Source: a virus (taxonomy: Duplodnaviria > Caudoviricetes). Taken from it: DNA of 64,000 nt. Below the pieces are notes generated by a model, which saw nothing but the letters and a program-made list of their open reading frames with translations, was not told where the DNA came from and ran no database searches. The stretch covers positions 15,870 through 79,869 of IMG/VR virus record IMGVR_UViG_2684623061_000002, one strand, 5' to 3'. The position numbers and the translations under genes were made by a program. This document shows positions 1-9,685 of this stretch, piece by piece. Position 1 is the stretch's first letter; each line of letters begins with the position of its first letter.

Positions 1-43
1 GTTTGCTTGTTTACTGCGATAGCGGGATGAGCGGCGCGATCGG

Positions 44-667
44 TCAGCCGTCCGAAGCGACGGTGCAATAGAATTCCATCGTTCTATCCAGCCAGATACG
101 GCCGTCCTGTCGGCGACGAATCTGCGCGCGCACGGTGCGGGTGGCGGTGGCCTGTCGGCCGCGCGACGCGCTTACCGTCAATGCGATCCAACGGTTTTCG
201 GTCATGGCGAGCCACGCGTTCAGCGTTCCCTGCAAAAAGCCTTCGCTGTTGGCGGCGACCTGAGTAAATAGAATGTCGTACTCGCCGGCTTGCGCGCGCG
301 TCCAGACGCCGCCGCCTTGGCCGCCGTTGGTCTCCGACTTCCACGCGGTGGTGCCGTTCGCGTTAAACGAAAATGTCGCGGTCGCCTTCGCGGACGACGC
401 ACCCACGTCGGACGCGTGGAGTCGCCCGCCGAAACCGCCATCGCTTACATACGACGCCGTGCCCTTGGCCGCCCACTTGTTCGATACGTCCAGGCCACCC
501 GAACGACGATTCACGTCGGCGCGTTTCGCGCCGTACTGAATATGCGCGTACCGCAGCGGCGAGCCGTCTGCGCGTTTCAAAAAGCCCGCAACCGGCCCAT
601 CGCCGATAATGTCTTGGTCAAACAAGTCATCGAAGTCCACGCCGCCGCTACGGTGTCCGCTCGCCAT
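44..667 (-). CDS. Tail-fibre-associated hypothetical protein
   Basis: 207-aa ORF coupled to the tail fibre stop codon; Gly/Ala/Thr-rich. Confidence 0.6.
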   Translation of the reverse strand: MASGHRSGGVDFDDLFDQDIIGDGPVAGFLKRADGSPLRYAHIQYGAKRADVNRRSGGLDVSNKWAAKGTASYVSDGGFGGRLHASDVGASSAKATATFSFNANGTTAWKSETNGGQGGGVWTRAQAGEYDILFTQVAANSEGFLQGTLNAWLAMTENRWIALTVSASRGRQATATRTVRAQIRRRQDGRIWLDRTMEFYCTVASDG

Positions 668-2472
668 TACGCGGCCTCGCGCGAGGCGCGCATTTCGGAC
701 ACGAACGAACGGAACTCATCGGCGAGCGCGTCCAGATCGGCGCGAACTTGTGCGACCTGGGCGCGGTCGCGTCGGGCATTCTCGGCCAACTGCTGTTCGC
801 CCACGATCAGCGGCGGAATCAGTTGCGAATACTGCACGGTCCCGTAGCTGTCGCCGTCGATGATGATGCCGTCGTCGTTGACCGCTTCGGGTATGACGCC
901 GCGCAACTGTTCAGCCAGGACGAACAAGCGCAACCGGCCGTCGCCGTTGTAGAAGTCACGGTAGCGGCCCACGCGCGTCACGATGCGTTCGATATCCGCC
1001 AGCCCGTAGGGTAGCGGTTGCAGATCGCATTTCAGACGAACCGACGAACCGTCATCAAATCCGCCGTTGGCAATGATGGCTCCGTTCGACGTGATTGAAA
1101 CGATATCGCCGCCCCCGTTGAAGAACGCGATGCGATCCGCGTGCGCGTACATGGCCCAATCGCGGCCCGAATCGCGGTCGCGAACGTAGTACGCCGCGCC
1201 GCCGCCGATCAGTCGCATCGAGCCCACGCTATCGCCGTTGATGTTGGCTTTGCCGTTTGGGTCGAAGTTACCGCCGTGCCAGAGCAGATGCCGGCTGCCG
1301 CTATTCGTCCACAACGACACGGTAGCGCCGCCCTCATAGGTCAACGCAATGGCATCGGCGCCGCTGCGGTGAAAGCCAATACGCGGGAAACTTGCATCGT
1401 GCGTGCGCAGTTCGATATTGCCCGTGTTGTACGCGCTCCCGTCCGGTGCCGGGTTGTTCCGCATGAATCGCCATTGGCCGGTCATGTCGCCGCCGCCCGT
1501 GCTGGCCTTTCCAGCCAATACGGATTCCAGGCCGGTCACTCGCGGCATCGGCAGCGCCGGAATACGGTCGAGCGCCAGCACGCCCGACGTGATGTCGGCC
1601 GCCGCGTGAACGTGCGGGTCCGGCGTCATTGTCTTGGGCCGGTTCTGCACTTCCTCCCAGAACGGCCAGCGCATCGCCGTATCGGGCACGTTCGACAGAT
1701 CGCCCCACAGATGCTTATGCGTGGAAGGATTGAAGTCGGGCGGCAGGTTGTTGAGGTTACGGAAATCGCGATAGAACGCGCCGTGTTCGCCGTCGAGCTT
1801 GTCGGAGTCCAGATTGTTGCCGGCGCCCTCGTTGCGCACCGCGGCGTTCCCCAGGCCCAGCGCGCCGCGCAGTAAGAGTGCGCTTGCGGTGTTCAAAAGC
1901 GATTTGATGAAGGTGGACGGGGCGCCTTCGCCGAGTCGCGCATCCATGATCGCCTTACCCCCGGCCGGGGTCAGGGCGCGCGTGTGGTCGGTGCCGGCGA
2001 TGGCCTCGGCGCGGTCGGCGATCTCCAAGACGCCTTGCACGGTCTCAGTCGCGGGCGGGTTCAACCAATAGGTGTCACCAAACACCAACGTCGTCGCGTC
2101 GATCTTCTGAAATCGCACATCGGCGGTCAGCAGCATGGACGCCGCCGCGCTCTTGTCTAGGATCACGTCGGGTTGGCTGTAGACCGCAAACAGCGTGCCG
2201 TCGCTCAGGTAAAGGCCGAACGCGCGATAGGCGTATTGGCTCGGGCCGTCGTCGCGGATGGACAGGTGCAACGTGTCCTTGGCGACTGCCACGCCGCCGA
2301 AGCTGGTCAGGCGCAAGAACTCGCCGGGGAGCGCGGTCAAGTCCTCGTTAGCGGTGAAGGTCGCGGCACTCAATCCGATATGGGTCACGGTGACCGCGTT
2401 GGTGCCGGTGTTTGGTCTATTGACGAGCGCGCGATAGCCGGCGCTGGTCACGGTGATGAGTAGTCCGCTCAC
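667..2472 (-). CDS. Tail fibre protein (gpH-like) with a C-terminal intramolecular chaperone (S74-like)
   Basis: GTG start overlapping the gpI stop; N-terminal baseplate-anchor region (GLYLSDGTLFAVYSQ, ATETVQGVLEIA); C-terminal SSVRLKCDL followed by a coiled coil. Confidence 0.85.
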   Translation of the reverse strand: MSGLLITVTSAGYRALVNRPNTGTNAVTVTHIGLSAATFTANEDLTALPGEFLRLTSFGGVAVAKDTLHLSIRDDGPSQYAYRAFGLYLSDGTLFAVYSQPDVILDKSAAASMLLTADVRFQKIDATTLVFGDTYWLNPPATETVQGVLEIADRAEAIAGTDHTRALTPAGGKAIMDARLGEGAPSTFIKSLLNTASALLLRGALGLGNAAVRNEGAGNNLDSDKLDGEHGAFYRDFRNLNNLPPDFNPSTHKHLWGDLSNVPDTAMRWPFWEEVQNRPKTMTPDPHVHAAADITSGVLALDRIPALPMPRVTGLESVLAGKASTGGGDMTGQWRFMRNNPAPDGSAYNTGNIELRTHDASFPRIGFHRSGADAIALTYEGGATVSLWTNSGSRHLLWHGGNFDPNGKANINGDSVGSMRLIGGGAAYYVRDRDSGRDWAMYAHADRIAFFNGGGDIVSITSNGAIIANGGFDDGSSVRLKCDLQPLPYGLADIERIVTRVGRYRDFYNGDGRLRLFVLAEQLRGVIPEAVNDDGIIIDGDSYGTVQYSQLIPPLIVGEQQLAENARRDRAQVAQVRADLDALADEFRSFVSEMRASREAA

Positions 2473-3035
2473 GGGGTTTGTACTTCCTTGGGCTCGATGG
2501 CTTGAAACTGCAAGCGGCGATGAATCGCGACACGGGCCGCAGCGGCGATGCCGACGCCGCCCACGGCGTAGGCGCCTTGCGTAAAGGTGAAGTGCGAGCG
2601 CACCGGCTTTGTGCGCGAGATTTCGGCGATCACGTCGGCCACAAACTCTTTCGTGGCAACCTGTCCGTGTTCGCCCGAAACGGTTAGCTGTACGTCGAAG
2701 GTGTGCGGCGGGCCTTTGGGTTCGGTCTGCCACCATTCGCGCAGGACGACAGCGCCGCCGAATGCGGCGACCACGTCGCGCACGCTCTGCGCGGTGCCCT
2801 TACGTCGCTGAATATCCGTCGCGGCGCGCACGCGGGCGCGCTTCACCGGCTCAGACCAATAGGGTTTCCACGAATCGATAGAGCGGTCCCACGCCAGCCA
2901 GGGCAGGAACGCGAGCGGGCACCGGTCCGGGTCGCGTATCTCGCGCAGCAGAATCGGAACATCGGCCGCCGCCGCGTTAGTGGTTTCCAAGGCGCGTTGC
3001 AGCGCCGTCGCGTTCGGCGGGAGTAGGCTATTCAT
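2469..3035 (-). CDS. P2 gpI-like tail/baseplate protein
   Basis: MNSLLPPNATALQRAL, PDRCPLAFLPWLAW, RRKGT, KPVRSHF. Confidence 0.92.
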   Translation of the reverse strand: MNSLLPPNATALQRALETTNAAAADVPILLREIRDPDRCPLAFLPWLAWDRSIDSWKPYWSEPVKRARVRAATDIQRRKGTAQSVRDVVAAFGGAVVLREWWQTEPKGPPHTFDVQLTVSGEHGQVATKEFVADVIAEISRTKPVRSHFTFTQGAYAVGGVGIAAAARVAIHRRLQFQAIEPKEVQTP

Positions 3036-3918
3036 CCACGCCGCCGACCGCGATATCGACGGCGGTGCAGTGCGTGGCCTGCGTCCGATCGATGACGATA
3101 TCCAGAGCGGGCGAATGCAGTTCGACGCGCTGCACGCCCTCGGAGTGAAGGACGGAGAACAGGCCCGAACGCGGAACGTCGCGGCCGAGTCGGTGCGATT
3201 CCTCGATATAGCGCCGCAGACGCTTAATCGATTCGTCAATGACCAGCGAGGAATCGGGACCGGCGTAGGTGTAGACCGTCGCGCGCACTTCGAACGGCAC
3301 GATACGCGCCGACTGCACTTTGACGTAATCGGTCAACGGTCGGATGCGGTCATCGGTCAACACGCGTTCAACCGCATTCACCAGGGCGGGCGATGCCGTG
3401 CCGTCGCCGCGACGCGCCAGGACCGTCACCAGCACCTCACCCGGCGCCGGGCTGGTCGCGCTGGCGTCCAATACGTCCGGGTCCGCGCTGAGCGTGTGGA
3501 AGATGTAAGCGCCTTCCGGTCCTGCAACCGAAAAGCCTTCCGGCGCCAACTGAATGCGACGGCGAAAGTCGGAATCGCTTTCGAAGGTGGGCGGGATGCC
3601 GCGCGACGGGTCGCCGGGATCGAGCATGTATCGCGTGATGTTATCGCGAGCCCCGATGTGATCCAGATCGGTGCCGGTCGCATACGCGAGCATTCCCGCT
3701 TTCGCGGCGTCGTTGACGCGCTGGCGGAACATCAATTCGAGATAGGCGTTCTCCTGCAAATGGATCATCGACGGATCGGATTCGGTGGTCGCGTCAAACT
3801 CCGGGTACAGTTCGCGGAACTTCGCGATGCGCCTCGCCAAAATGGTTTCGTAATCCTGCGTTTCCACCAGCGCGGGCGGCGGCAGGCGCGACAGATCGAC
3901 GGCGGTAAAGGTGGACAT
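3028..3918 (-). CDS. P2 gpJ-like baseplate assembly protein
   Basis: VDLSRLPPP, YATGTDLD, ESDSDFRRRIQLAPEGFSVAGP, IRPLTDYV. Confidence 0.95.
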   Translation of the reverse strand: MSTFTAVDLSRLPPPALVETQDYETILARRIAKFRELYPEFDATTESDPSMIHLQENAYLELMFRQRVNDAAKAGMLAYATGTDLDHIGARDNITRYMLDPGDPSRGIPPTFESDSDFRRRIQLAPEGFSVAGPEGAYIFHTLSADPDVLDASATSPAPGEVLVTVLARRGDGTASPALVNAVERVLTDDRIRPLTDYVKVQSARIVPFEVRATVYTYAGPDSSLVIDESIKRLRRYIEESHRLGRDVPRSGLFSVLHSEGVQRVELHSPALDIVIDRTQATHCTAVDIAVGGVDE

Positions 3919-3984
3919 AGCGGACCCGGTGGGAACTCGGGTCAGGTTCGCGCGCGCACGTCGATGCCCCTACGAAGCGCCTTT

Positions 3985-4001
3985 GTGTATGCGGGATTCA
4001 C
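3985..4001 (-). promoter_or_regulatory. Putative late-activator (Ogr-type) site upstream of J
   Basis: Minus-strand GTGAATCCCGCATACAC resembles the dyad GTGTAAAGCGCATACAC between O and P. Confidence 0.5.
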
Positions 4002-4062
4002 GGTCTCATCGGGTGCGACGGACCGGCGTAGACTGCGGGCGTCGAGCCTAGAGGGCGACACC

Positions 4063-4527
4063 ATGCGCAGCACGCCGAGCAATCCTTACCGAGATTCCGA
4101 TTTGATCGAGCTGGCCGAGCAATGCATGAGGCGTGCGCGCGAGCTAAACGACCGCGTGCAGCGAACGCCTGAGCAGCGCGCCGTGCTGGCGTCCGATACC
4201 GCCTACCTATTGACCGCCGCCGGCTCCGCGCTGGACTCAAGCGAGTACATGCCGGGGAATCCTGAGTACGCGACGAAGGGCGGGGAGAGAATTTCAGTAA
4301 ACGAATTCATGCAATGGCATCTGCGCCACGTCCACAACTCGCGCTATCGGACCTTCCTGCGGGCGCTAGATATGGCCGCCGGCAAGAACCGTGAGGCATG
4401 GCGCATTGATGTGCTTATCGACGACAAAAAGCCCGACGCGCTGGCCGTGGAAAGTGATGAAGGGCTGCGCGCTGTGCTTGCTGAACTAGCCAAGCTTCCG
4501 CGCTGGGGATACCGCCGCCGCGGTTGA
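4063..4527 (+). CDS. Hypothetical protein (cargo)
   Basis: 154-aa ORF with GAGGG RBS, oriented opposite to the structural genes. Confidence 0.6.
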   Translation: MRSTPSNPYRDSDLIELAEQCMRRARELNDRVQRTPEQRAVLASDTAYLLTAAGSALDSSEYMPGNPEYATKGGERISVNEFMQWHLRHVHNSRYRTFLRALDMAAGKNREAWRIDVLIDDKKPDALAVESDEGLRAVLAELAKLPRWGYRRRG

Positions 4528-4660
4528 TTTCGAACGAAATGACCATTTCGTGGAGCGAAAAGCAGTTTCCGTTCAACAGGATTGGTGTTTCGAGACATTT
4601 TCGGAATTTCTATTGCCTGTTTAATAGAAGCTGGGTTAACTGAGTCACCGCCAAGAACTC

Positions 4661-5326
4661 ATGAGGTGCGATTTGGCTACGAAGTTGACTGGAAGCAATA
4701 ATGATCCTCGCAGGCACGAGTTGCTGCGCAAATACCGATTGAAGACCGTGCAGCACACCCGCTTGCTCGATGGGACAACGTACCCGTGTTGTGGTTGCCC
4801 AAAGTCGGTTGGGACTATTTTCTACATGTTCGAAGCCACGAACCGCACGACTGGGGCGCAAACATTTCTGTACGCCGGGGAGCGTTGCGGAAAGACACTA
4901 ATGAAATTTTCGGCTTCCACCAATGATCCGATTCAGGACCTGCCGTATTTCAATCCGCTAACCGGGATGTCTAGGGCATCTACTGGTAGCGGCACAGGTG
5001 GCGGTGGATCGATAGCGGCGTGGCCACCACTAAACCGCGAGCTGTTTTATGCAATCAATCTGACCTTCTTGGCGATGAAATTAAAGCCGGGCTCGACGCT
5101 ATCGAAGGTGCTCGAAACAATCACCACTAACCCGTCGCGGGTACTGCCTACGACGGCGCCAGCGCTAAACACGATCATAAAGAACAATTTGGACAGCGCG
5201 CACGGCAGCTTGACCGACTACGTGAACGACTTGCGGGTTCGCAATCCAACGATGAAAACGTACCCGTTCACGCTCATTCGTGACGCATTGAAGAACTTGA
5301 GTACCCCGCCGATCGACTACCTTTGA
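4661..5326 (+). CDS. Hypothetical Cys-containing protein (cargo)
   Basis: 221-aa lower-GC ORF with CCGC and GERCG; start uncertain. Confidence 0.6.
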   Translation: MRCDLATKLTGSNNDPRRHELLRKYRLKTVQHTRLLDGTTYPCCGCPKSVGTIFYMFEATNRTTGAQTFLYAGERCGKTLMKFSASTNDPIQDLPYFNPLTGMSRASTGSGTGGGGSIAAWPPLNRELFYAINLTFLAMKLKPGSTLSKVLETITTNPSRVLPTTAPALNTIIKNNLDSAHGSLTDYVNDLRVRNPTMKTYPFTLIRDALKNLSTPPIDYL

Positions 5327-5381
5327 GGTTCTAACATCCGCACGATGCGGGCAGTCCGTGAACCCGCGTCCCCCTGTCGGC

Positions 5382-5738
5382 CTATTGGGTCAGGACACGG
5401 AACAGGTCGCGCGAATGCCAGCGCTGGCGTTTGACGCGCACCTGGACCAACGCGCGGAATCGATCAGAACTTGGCGCAGCACTTGGCCGGAAGCGATGGC
5501 GCGCTTGGTTGCAGTGATAGCAGGCTGCGACGACGTTTGCTCCATGCTTGCCGCCGTCTTGTCGCGCTATCAGGTGCTCGGCCGTAGCCTGAAGTCGGGA
5601 TGCTTGCCGCAGCGACAGACCGCGCGCTATGGCGAAGCCGGCGCGATCGGTTAGCCACATAGGGAAGTCGCAGTAGTAACAGAGGCCGCTCTGACGATGA
5701 AATGCGGCATTTCGGGCGGAGCTATAGCGGTGTGCCAT
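5382..5738 (-). CDS. HNH endonuclease
   Basis: CYYC, ATAEHLIARQDGG, NVVAACYHCNQAR. Confidence 0.85.
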   Translation of the reverse strand: MAHRYSSARNAAFHRQSGLCYYCDFPMWLTDRAGFAIARGLSLRQASRLQATAEHLIARQDGGKHGANVVAACYHCNQARHRFRPSAAPSSDRFRALVQVRVKRQRWHSRDLFRVLTQ

Positions 5739-5965
5739 GAGGTGTCCTTGAGAGAGCGAAGGGATTTTTCCCGACGCCTCTGTAGAGGACGCACAGGCAC
5801 CTGAGGCCAAATAGCCATGCAGGCACAACACCGGGGCTTTAGCCGAGCCGGTATTTCATTTATCGCGCTGTTCCGGGGCGGTGTCAAGGCAGCGGCCATT
5901 GCCGGCACCTGGAGATTCGATCAAGGCGAATTGATCAAAATTTCATCGCGGCGGTATCAGCCTGA

Positions 5966-6523
5966 TCACACTTGGCCTTCTAGATGGCCTTGAAGAAAGG
6001 CTGCGAGATCAATGTACGAACGTGCTGATTCTTGAGTCGGTTCAAAATTTCCATGAGCAACTTCGTTGCGAAGACGTCGAAGCTCGTGAAACATAGTGAC
6101 TTGACTTGGATTGAGAATTGATAGCTGCGCTAACGGCTCTGCGAGACGCGGTGCTTGGAGATAAGATGATTTTGCATCGCGCTTCCCAACCAATACAGCG
6201 CGGGCCGCAGCTTCTAAGCGAACCCACGATTCTAAAATCGCAGAGCGCGGGTGTAGTTCCGCGACCTCAAAAAGAAAGCTTTTAGATGCCGTATCTCTTG
6301 ATTGGATCGGTGCAGCCTCGCCGGGCGCCGGTCGCGAGTCCTTAATTTCTTTGAGCTGTTTAACCTCGCGCTCAAATTCCGCTTCTAGCGGTCCGGCCTT
6401 TAGCTTTTTAAGTGAAGGCGCAAGTTTCGCTATTTCATCTCTAAGGAGAGCTACAAGTGCTACCGCAGCCACCGGCCACGCCAACGATTCAATAGCTTTC
6501 GACCCAAATGTGATCCAGTCCAT
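5966..6523 (-). CDS. Membrane-anchored HEPN-like protein
   Basis: N-terminal hydrophobic LAWPVAAVALVALL; C-terminal RxxxxH motif in LRRLRNEVAHG. Confidence 0.65.
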   Translation of the reverse strand: MDWITFGSKAIESLAWPVAAVALVALLRDEIAKLAPSLKKLKAGPLEAEFEREVKQLKEIKDSRPAPGEAAPIQSRDTASKSFLFEVAELHPRSAILESWVRLEAAARAVLVGKRDAKSSYLQAPRLAEPLAQLSILNPSQVTMFHELRRLRNEVAHGNFEPTQESARSYIDLAAFLQGHLEGQV

Positions 6524-6650
6524 TTCTCTCGACGCTCCTAGAGGTTGTCGAATCGTAAGCAATAGCCGGTCGTCCTACACCGCTTACGTAAAATAGGATG
6601 GAATCCGGCCAGACAATTGCGATCAGCCAGGAGCAAATCCCTGGGTCTGA

Positions 6651-7115
6651 TCAACTGGGACGCAGTGTTGGTGTCAGGTGGGCGAGTAGAGCGCTTTGTA
6701 AACGCTCCCGGTCGGCTGGGCTAAACCCAAGTAGCTGCCTGCGGGCGTAGCGCAGGAGAGCGCCGCTGTGCTTCGCTCTGTCCAAGCTGCCCTCTTGGTG
6801 AACGCGGGCGATGCGCGCCACACGCCCGGCGTATCCGACGCGCACCCCATCCGCATTACTGGTCGCTCGCAGATGGCGGGTCATTCGGATGCGTCGGAAC
6901 ATGGCGCCGCGCCGAATGCGGCCGGTGCGGTCATCGCGCTGCGGCTTGCGCGGTGCGTAGGCGCTGCCGTCCGGGTTGCGCTGTTGTGCAATGCGCCGCT
7001 GTTGCGACCGCCGCAGATCGACGGCCAGCGCTTGCAGCAACCTGCGGCGCGCAGTTGGGGCGAGCGCCGCAATCAGCGGCGCCGCCCACGTTTCCAATTG
7101 CTCAAGGTCGTTCAC
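6651..7115 (-). CDS. P2 gpS-like virion morphogenesis protein
   Basis: LRRSQQRRIAQQRNPDGSAYAPRK, ARIARVHQEG, RQLLGFS. Confidence 0.92.
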   Translation of the reverse strand: MNDLEQLETWAAPLIAALAPTARRRLLQALAVDLRRSQQRRIAQQRNPDGSAYAPRKPQRDDRTGRIRRGAMFRRIRMTRHLRATSNADGVRVGYAGRVARIARVHQEGSLDRAKHSGALLRYARRQLLGFSPADRERLQSALLAHLTPTLRPS

Positions 7116-7549
7116 GGCACCATGCCGAAGTTTGTCCACGACTGGGCGTCGAACCTCGGTTCGGGCCAGGGTGTAATGCTGTTCTCACCGTTCGGTAGCG
7201 TTTCAACGCCGATACGCTCGGTCAGCGGTATCCGAATTTCCACGTCGGCCCGTTCGTGGTCGATCACGTCGACCTCAAACGCGATATCGCCGCGCCGGTC
7301 AGGATTGGCGAGCAATTCGTTTTGATGCAACGCGGCCCAACGCAGCACCGCTAGAAAAAGCCGGTTGGCGTCGCCGACGAAATCCACCAGCACCAGCGAC
7401 AGCCGATAACGCAGTTCGAATGATTCGCTCGTTTGCGCGGTGCTGATTAGGCTTCCTTCCTCCACGAACACCAGCAGGCTTTCGGGGTTGCGTTGCAGTT
7501 CGGGAATCGCCTTCGCGAGATGGGCGCGCAAACTGGCCGGCTTGTTCAT
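7112..7549 (-). CDS. P2 gpR-like tail completion protein
   Basis: MNKPASLRAHL, NPESLLVFVEEG, IPLTERI. Confidence 0.92.
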   Translation of the reverse strand: MNKPASLRAHLAKAIPELQRNPESLLVFVEEGSLISTAQTSESFELRYRLSLVLVDFVGDANRLFLAVLRWAALHQNELLANPDRRGDIAFEVDVIDHERADVEIRIPLTERIGVETLPNGENSITPWPEPRFDAQSWTNFGMVP

Positions 7550-8034
7550 TGATTGCGAAGGCGCAGCAGTTCGCGCACGTAGTCCTGCAAACCGATCACT
7601 TGTTCGGCGTTGGCGTGACAGGTGGCGTAGTTGTCGGCGACGGCGCCGGCAACATCAGAGAGCGCAACGCCAGCGGCGGGCGCATCAGGATTTCCGGTGC
7701 TTGGACCGGTGGGTTCGTTCGCTGCGGCGGCGTCATGCAGGCGCACAAACCCAACAGGCACAGTGCAAGCAGCGTCGGCGGTCGGAGTGACATAGATGGG
7801 GATTTCCTTGGTGATGATTTGGGCGTTGGCGCGCACGACTTGCACGCGGTCCACGTAACGCACCACAACGCGCTCAGACGCCAACGCCAAATCGCGGGCG
7901 GCCTCGGCCTCGCGTTGGGCGTCCTCGGCGATGCTGGCGCGTTCCTCGGCGTTGTGGCGGCGTCCGTTCTCGATCAGGACGAAACCGCCGACCAGGGCGA
8001 CCAGCACCAGCAGCAGCGCAAGCGCACGGCTCAT
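7546..8034 (-). CDS. Rz-like inner-membrane spanin
   Basis: N-terminal TM, coiled coil, CTVPVGFVRLHDAAA; follows the endolysin. Confidence 0.8.
   Translation of the reverse strand: MSRALALLLVLVALVGGFVLIENGRRHNAEERASIAEDAQREAEAARDLALASERVVVRYVDRVQVVRANAQIITKEIPIYVTPTADAACTVPVGFVRLHDAAAANEPTGPSTGNPDAPAAGVALSDVAGAVADNYATCHANAEQVIGLQDYVRELLRLRNQ
7596..7793 (-). CDS. Rz1-like outer-membrane spanin (embedded lipoprotein)
   Basis: Nested in Rz in another frame; lipobox LLGLCAC; Pro-rich. Confidence 0.65.
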   Translation of the reverse strand: MSLRPPTLLALCLLGLCACMTPPQRTNPPVQAPEILMRPPLALRSLMLPAPSPTTTPPVTPTPNK

Positions 8035-8669
8035 GCGGCCAGCCCGAACGCGGCCAGGGCGCGTTTGGTGCGCGCCGCGCGATCTACCCAGCCGTTCGGA
8101 AGGCGACGGGTATCGGTGCGCCCCAGGTTGAGTTTGCGACTCACGCCGAGCGTGTCGTTTTCGTCGGCCAGGGTGTTGAGGCCACGGCCGCGCCAGTAGG
8201 CTGCCGCAATGTCGGCGCCGACTTCCACGCCGGTTGCAAGGTCGGGCTGCGCTTCCAACGGCAGGCCCAGCAATTCGCCGATCCAGCGGTAATTCGCGCG
8301 CCCGGTCAGATGCACGGGGCTCCGGCCCCGGAAACGATAGCCGTCGCCGCTGGACTCGTTGCCGTTGCCGTTGCTCGACGCATAGACGCGGTTGCCGATG
8401 CGCTCGGGCTGGCCGGCGTACTGCGCGGCGGTGGCCGGGTTGAAATGGTTTTCGAACACTTCCAACAGGCGAGAGGCCGAGTAATCGAGATTTTCCTCTA
8501 AGCGAGACAGGCCGGCACTTTCGTGGCCGAGTTGGGCGAGGAAGTGCGCGGCACGGCGCGGCGTGGTGATGCCTTGCCGGTGCATGGCGCGCAGCAGCGG
8601 CGACAGCCACCGGACGGCACGGGCGGGCGGGCATTGAACGGCGGCGGCGAGCTGGGTTTCAGTGAACAT
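8031..8669 (-). CDS. Glycoside hydrolase family 19 endolysin
   Basis: AHFLAQLGHESAGL, EENLDYS, GDGYRFRGR, LTGRANY. Confidence 0.92.
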   Translation of the reverse strand: MFTETQLAAAVQCPPARAVRWLSPLLRAMHRQGITTPRRAAHFLAQLGHESAGLSRLEENLDYSASRLLEVFENHFNPATAAQYAGQPERIGNRVYASSNGNGNESSGDGYRFRGRSPVHLTGRANYRWIGELLGLPLEAQPDLATGVEVGADIAAAYWRGRGLNTLADENDTLGVSRKLNLGRTDTRRLPNGWVDRAARTKRALAAFGLAA

Positions 8670-9072
8670 GACGGCGGGGGCTCCGAATCGACAGACGGGA
8701 CGCGCGGGGGTGGCCGTGGGCGATGTAACGCCACCACGGGCACGGCGCTTGCAGCGCCAGGAAGACGCATAGGGCGCAGCGCAAGACGCGCTCAGAGGGG
8801 AATGCAAGCTCCAGCAGCGCGGGCCACATAACCGCGGTGCCCGCGCCGGCCACGACCGCGACCAGGGCGAACAGCCGCAGCACGAACCGCAGGACCGCGC
8901 CCAGGTCGGCACGATCGATCGAGCGCCAACCGCCCGCGCCATACGCGGCGAGGTTTTGCGCCAGGATCAACCGCAGTTCGTCGCGCAGATCGGCGCCGGT
9001 CGGGGTGTCTTTAATCATCGCCAGCGCAGTGAGCAGGGCGACCAGGGCGCACAGCCATTCGAACAGGATCAT
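8659..9072 (-). CDS. Membrane protein of the lysis cassette (holin/antiholin candidate)
   Basis: Several hydrophobic segments; directly upstream of the endolysin. Confidence 0.55.
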   Translation of the reverse strand: MILFEWLCALVALLTALAMIKDTPTGADLRDELRLILAQNLAAYGAGGWRSIDRADLGAVLRFVLRLFALVAVVAGAGTAVMWPALLELAFPSERVLRCALCVFLALQAPCPWWRYIAHGHPRASRLSIRSPRRHVH

Positions 9073-9467
9073 TGCGGCTTGCCCCCGATGTCGCGCTTTA
9101 GCCGTTCGGCCAGCGCTTCGCCGATGACGGGAATCAGCGATTGCGCGAAGAACGCGACCAACAGCGCCATCGCAGGCGCGACCGGTTGCAGGAAGCCCAG
9201 GCCGGGAAAGCTGGGCACGACGATGGCGATGCAGGCCGACACGGCCGTATAGGCGAGTGCCAGGCCGTACAGCCGTTTGCGACTGCCGCCGGGCTTGTTG
9301 ACCAGCAGGCCGCAGGCCACGCCGGTAAACGCCATGCACAGCACCGCTGCCGGCACGCCGACGTGCGCAAGCGGCGAAGTCCAGGCGATGACGCCCAGCG
9401 ATGAGGACGCGGCGGCCGTGCCGGTCAGTGCGGGAATGGACAACAGGGGTTCGGTCGGTGGCGTCAT
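9069..9467 (-). CDS. Putative holin
   Basis: About three TM segments, charged C-terminus, position after gene X. Confidence 0.6.
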   Translation of the reverse strand: MTPPTEPLLSIPALTGTAAASSSLGVIAWTSPLAHVGVPAAVLCMAFTGVACGLLVNKPGGSRKRLYGLALAYTAVSACIAIVVPSFPGLGFLQPVAPAMALLVAFFAQSLIPVIGEALAERLKRDIGGKPQ

Positions 9468-9475
9468 GCGGTCGA

Positions 9476-9685
9476 TCAGTCCCAAAGCTGGATGAGGGTT
9501 TGGTGGGCCGGCGCGGTGGCGACGGGGGGCAACAGATCTACGGCCGTGCCGTGCGGCAGGATCGGACCCAGGTCGGCGAGCCCCGGATTTGCGATGAGCG
9601 CGGCCTCTACAACGCCCGCCGTGCGTCCCAGGACGCGCCAGCACAGCGCATCCAGGGTTTCGCCTTGGGCGGCGTAGGCGCGCAT
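9476..9685 (-). CDS. P2 gpX-like tail protein
   Basis: AQGETLDALCWR, ANPGLADLGPILPHGTAV, IQLWD. Confidence 0.92.
   Translation of the reverse strand: MRAYAAQGETLDALCWRVLGRTAGVVEAALIANPGLADLGPILPHGTAVDLLPPVATAPAHQTLIQLWD

Noticed and set aside
3961-3978. Exact 18-mer TCGATGCCCCTACGAAGC also present at 39936-39953 in the second phage's rep gene
   Set aside because: Single match with no flanking similarity; plausible by chance in 64 kb of GC-rich DNA
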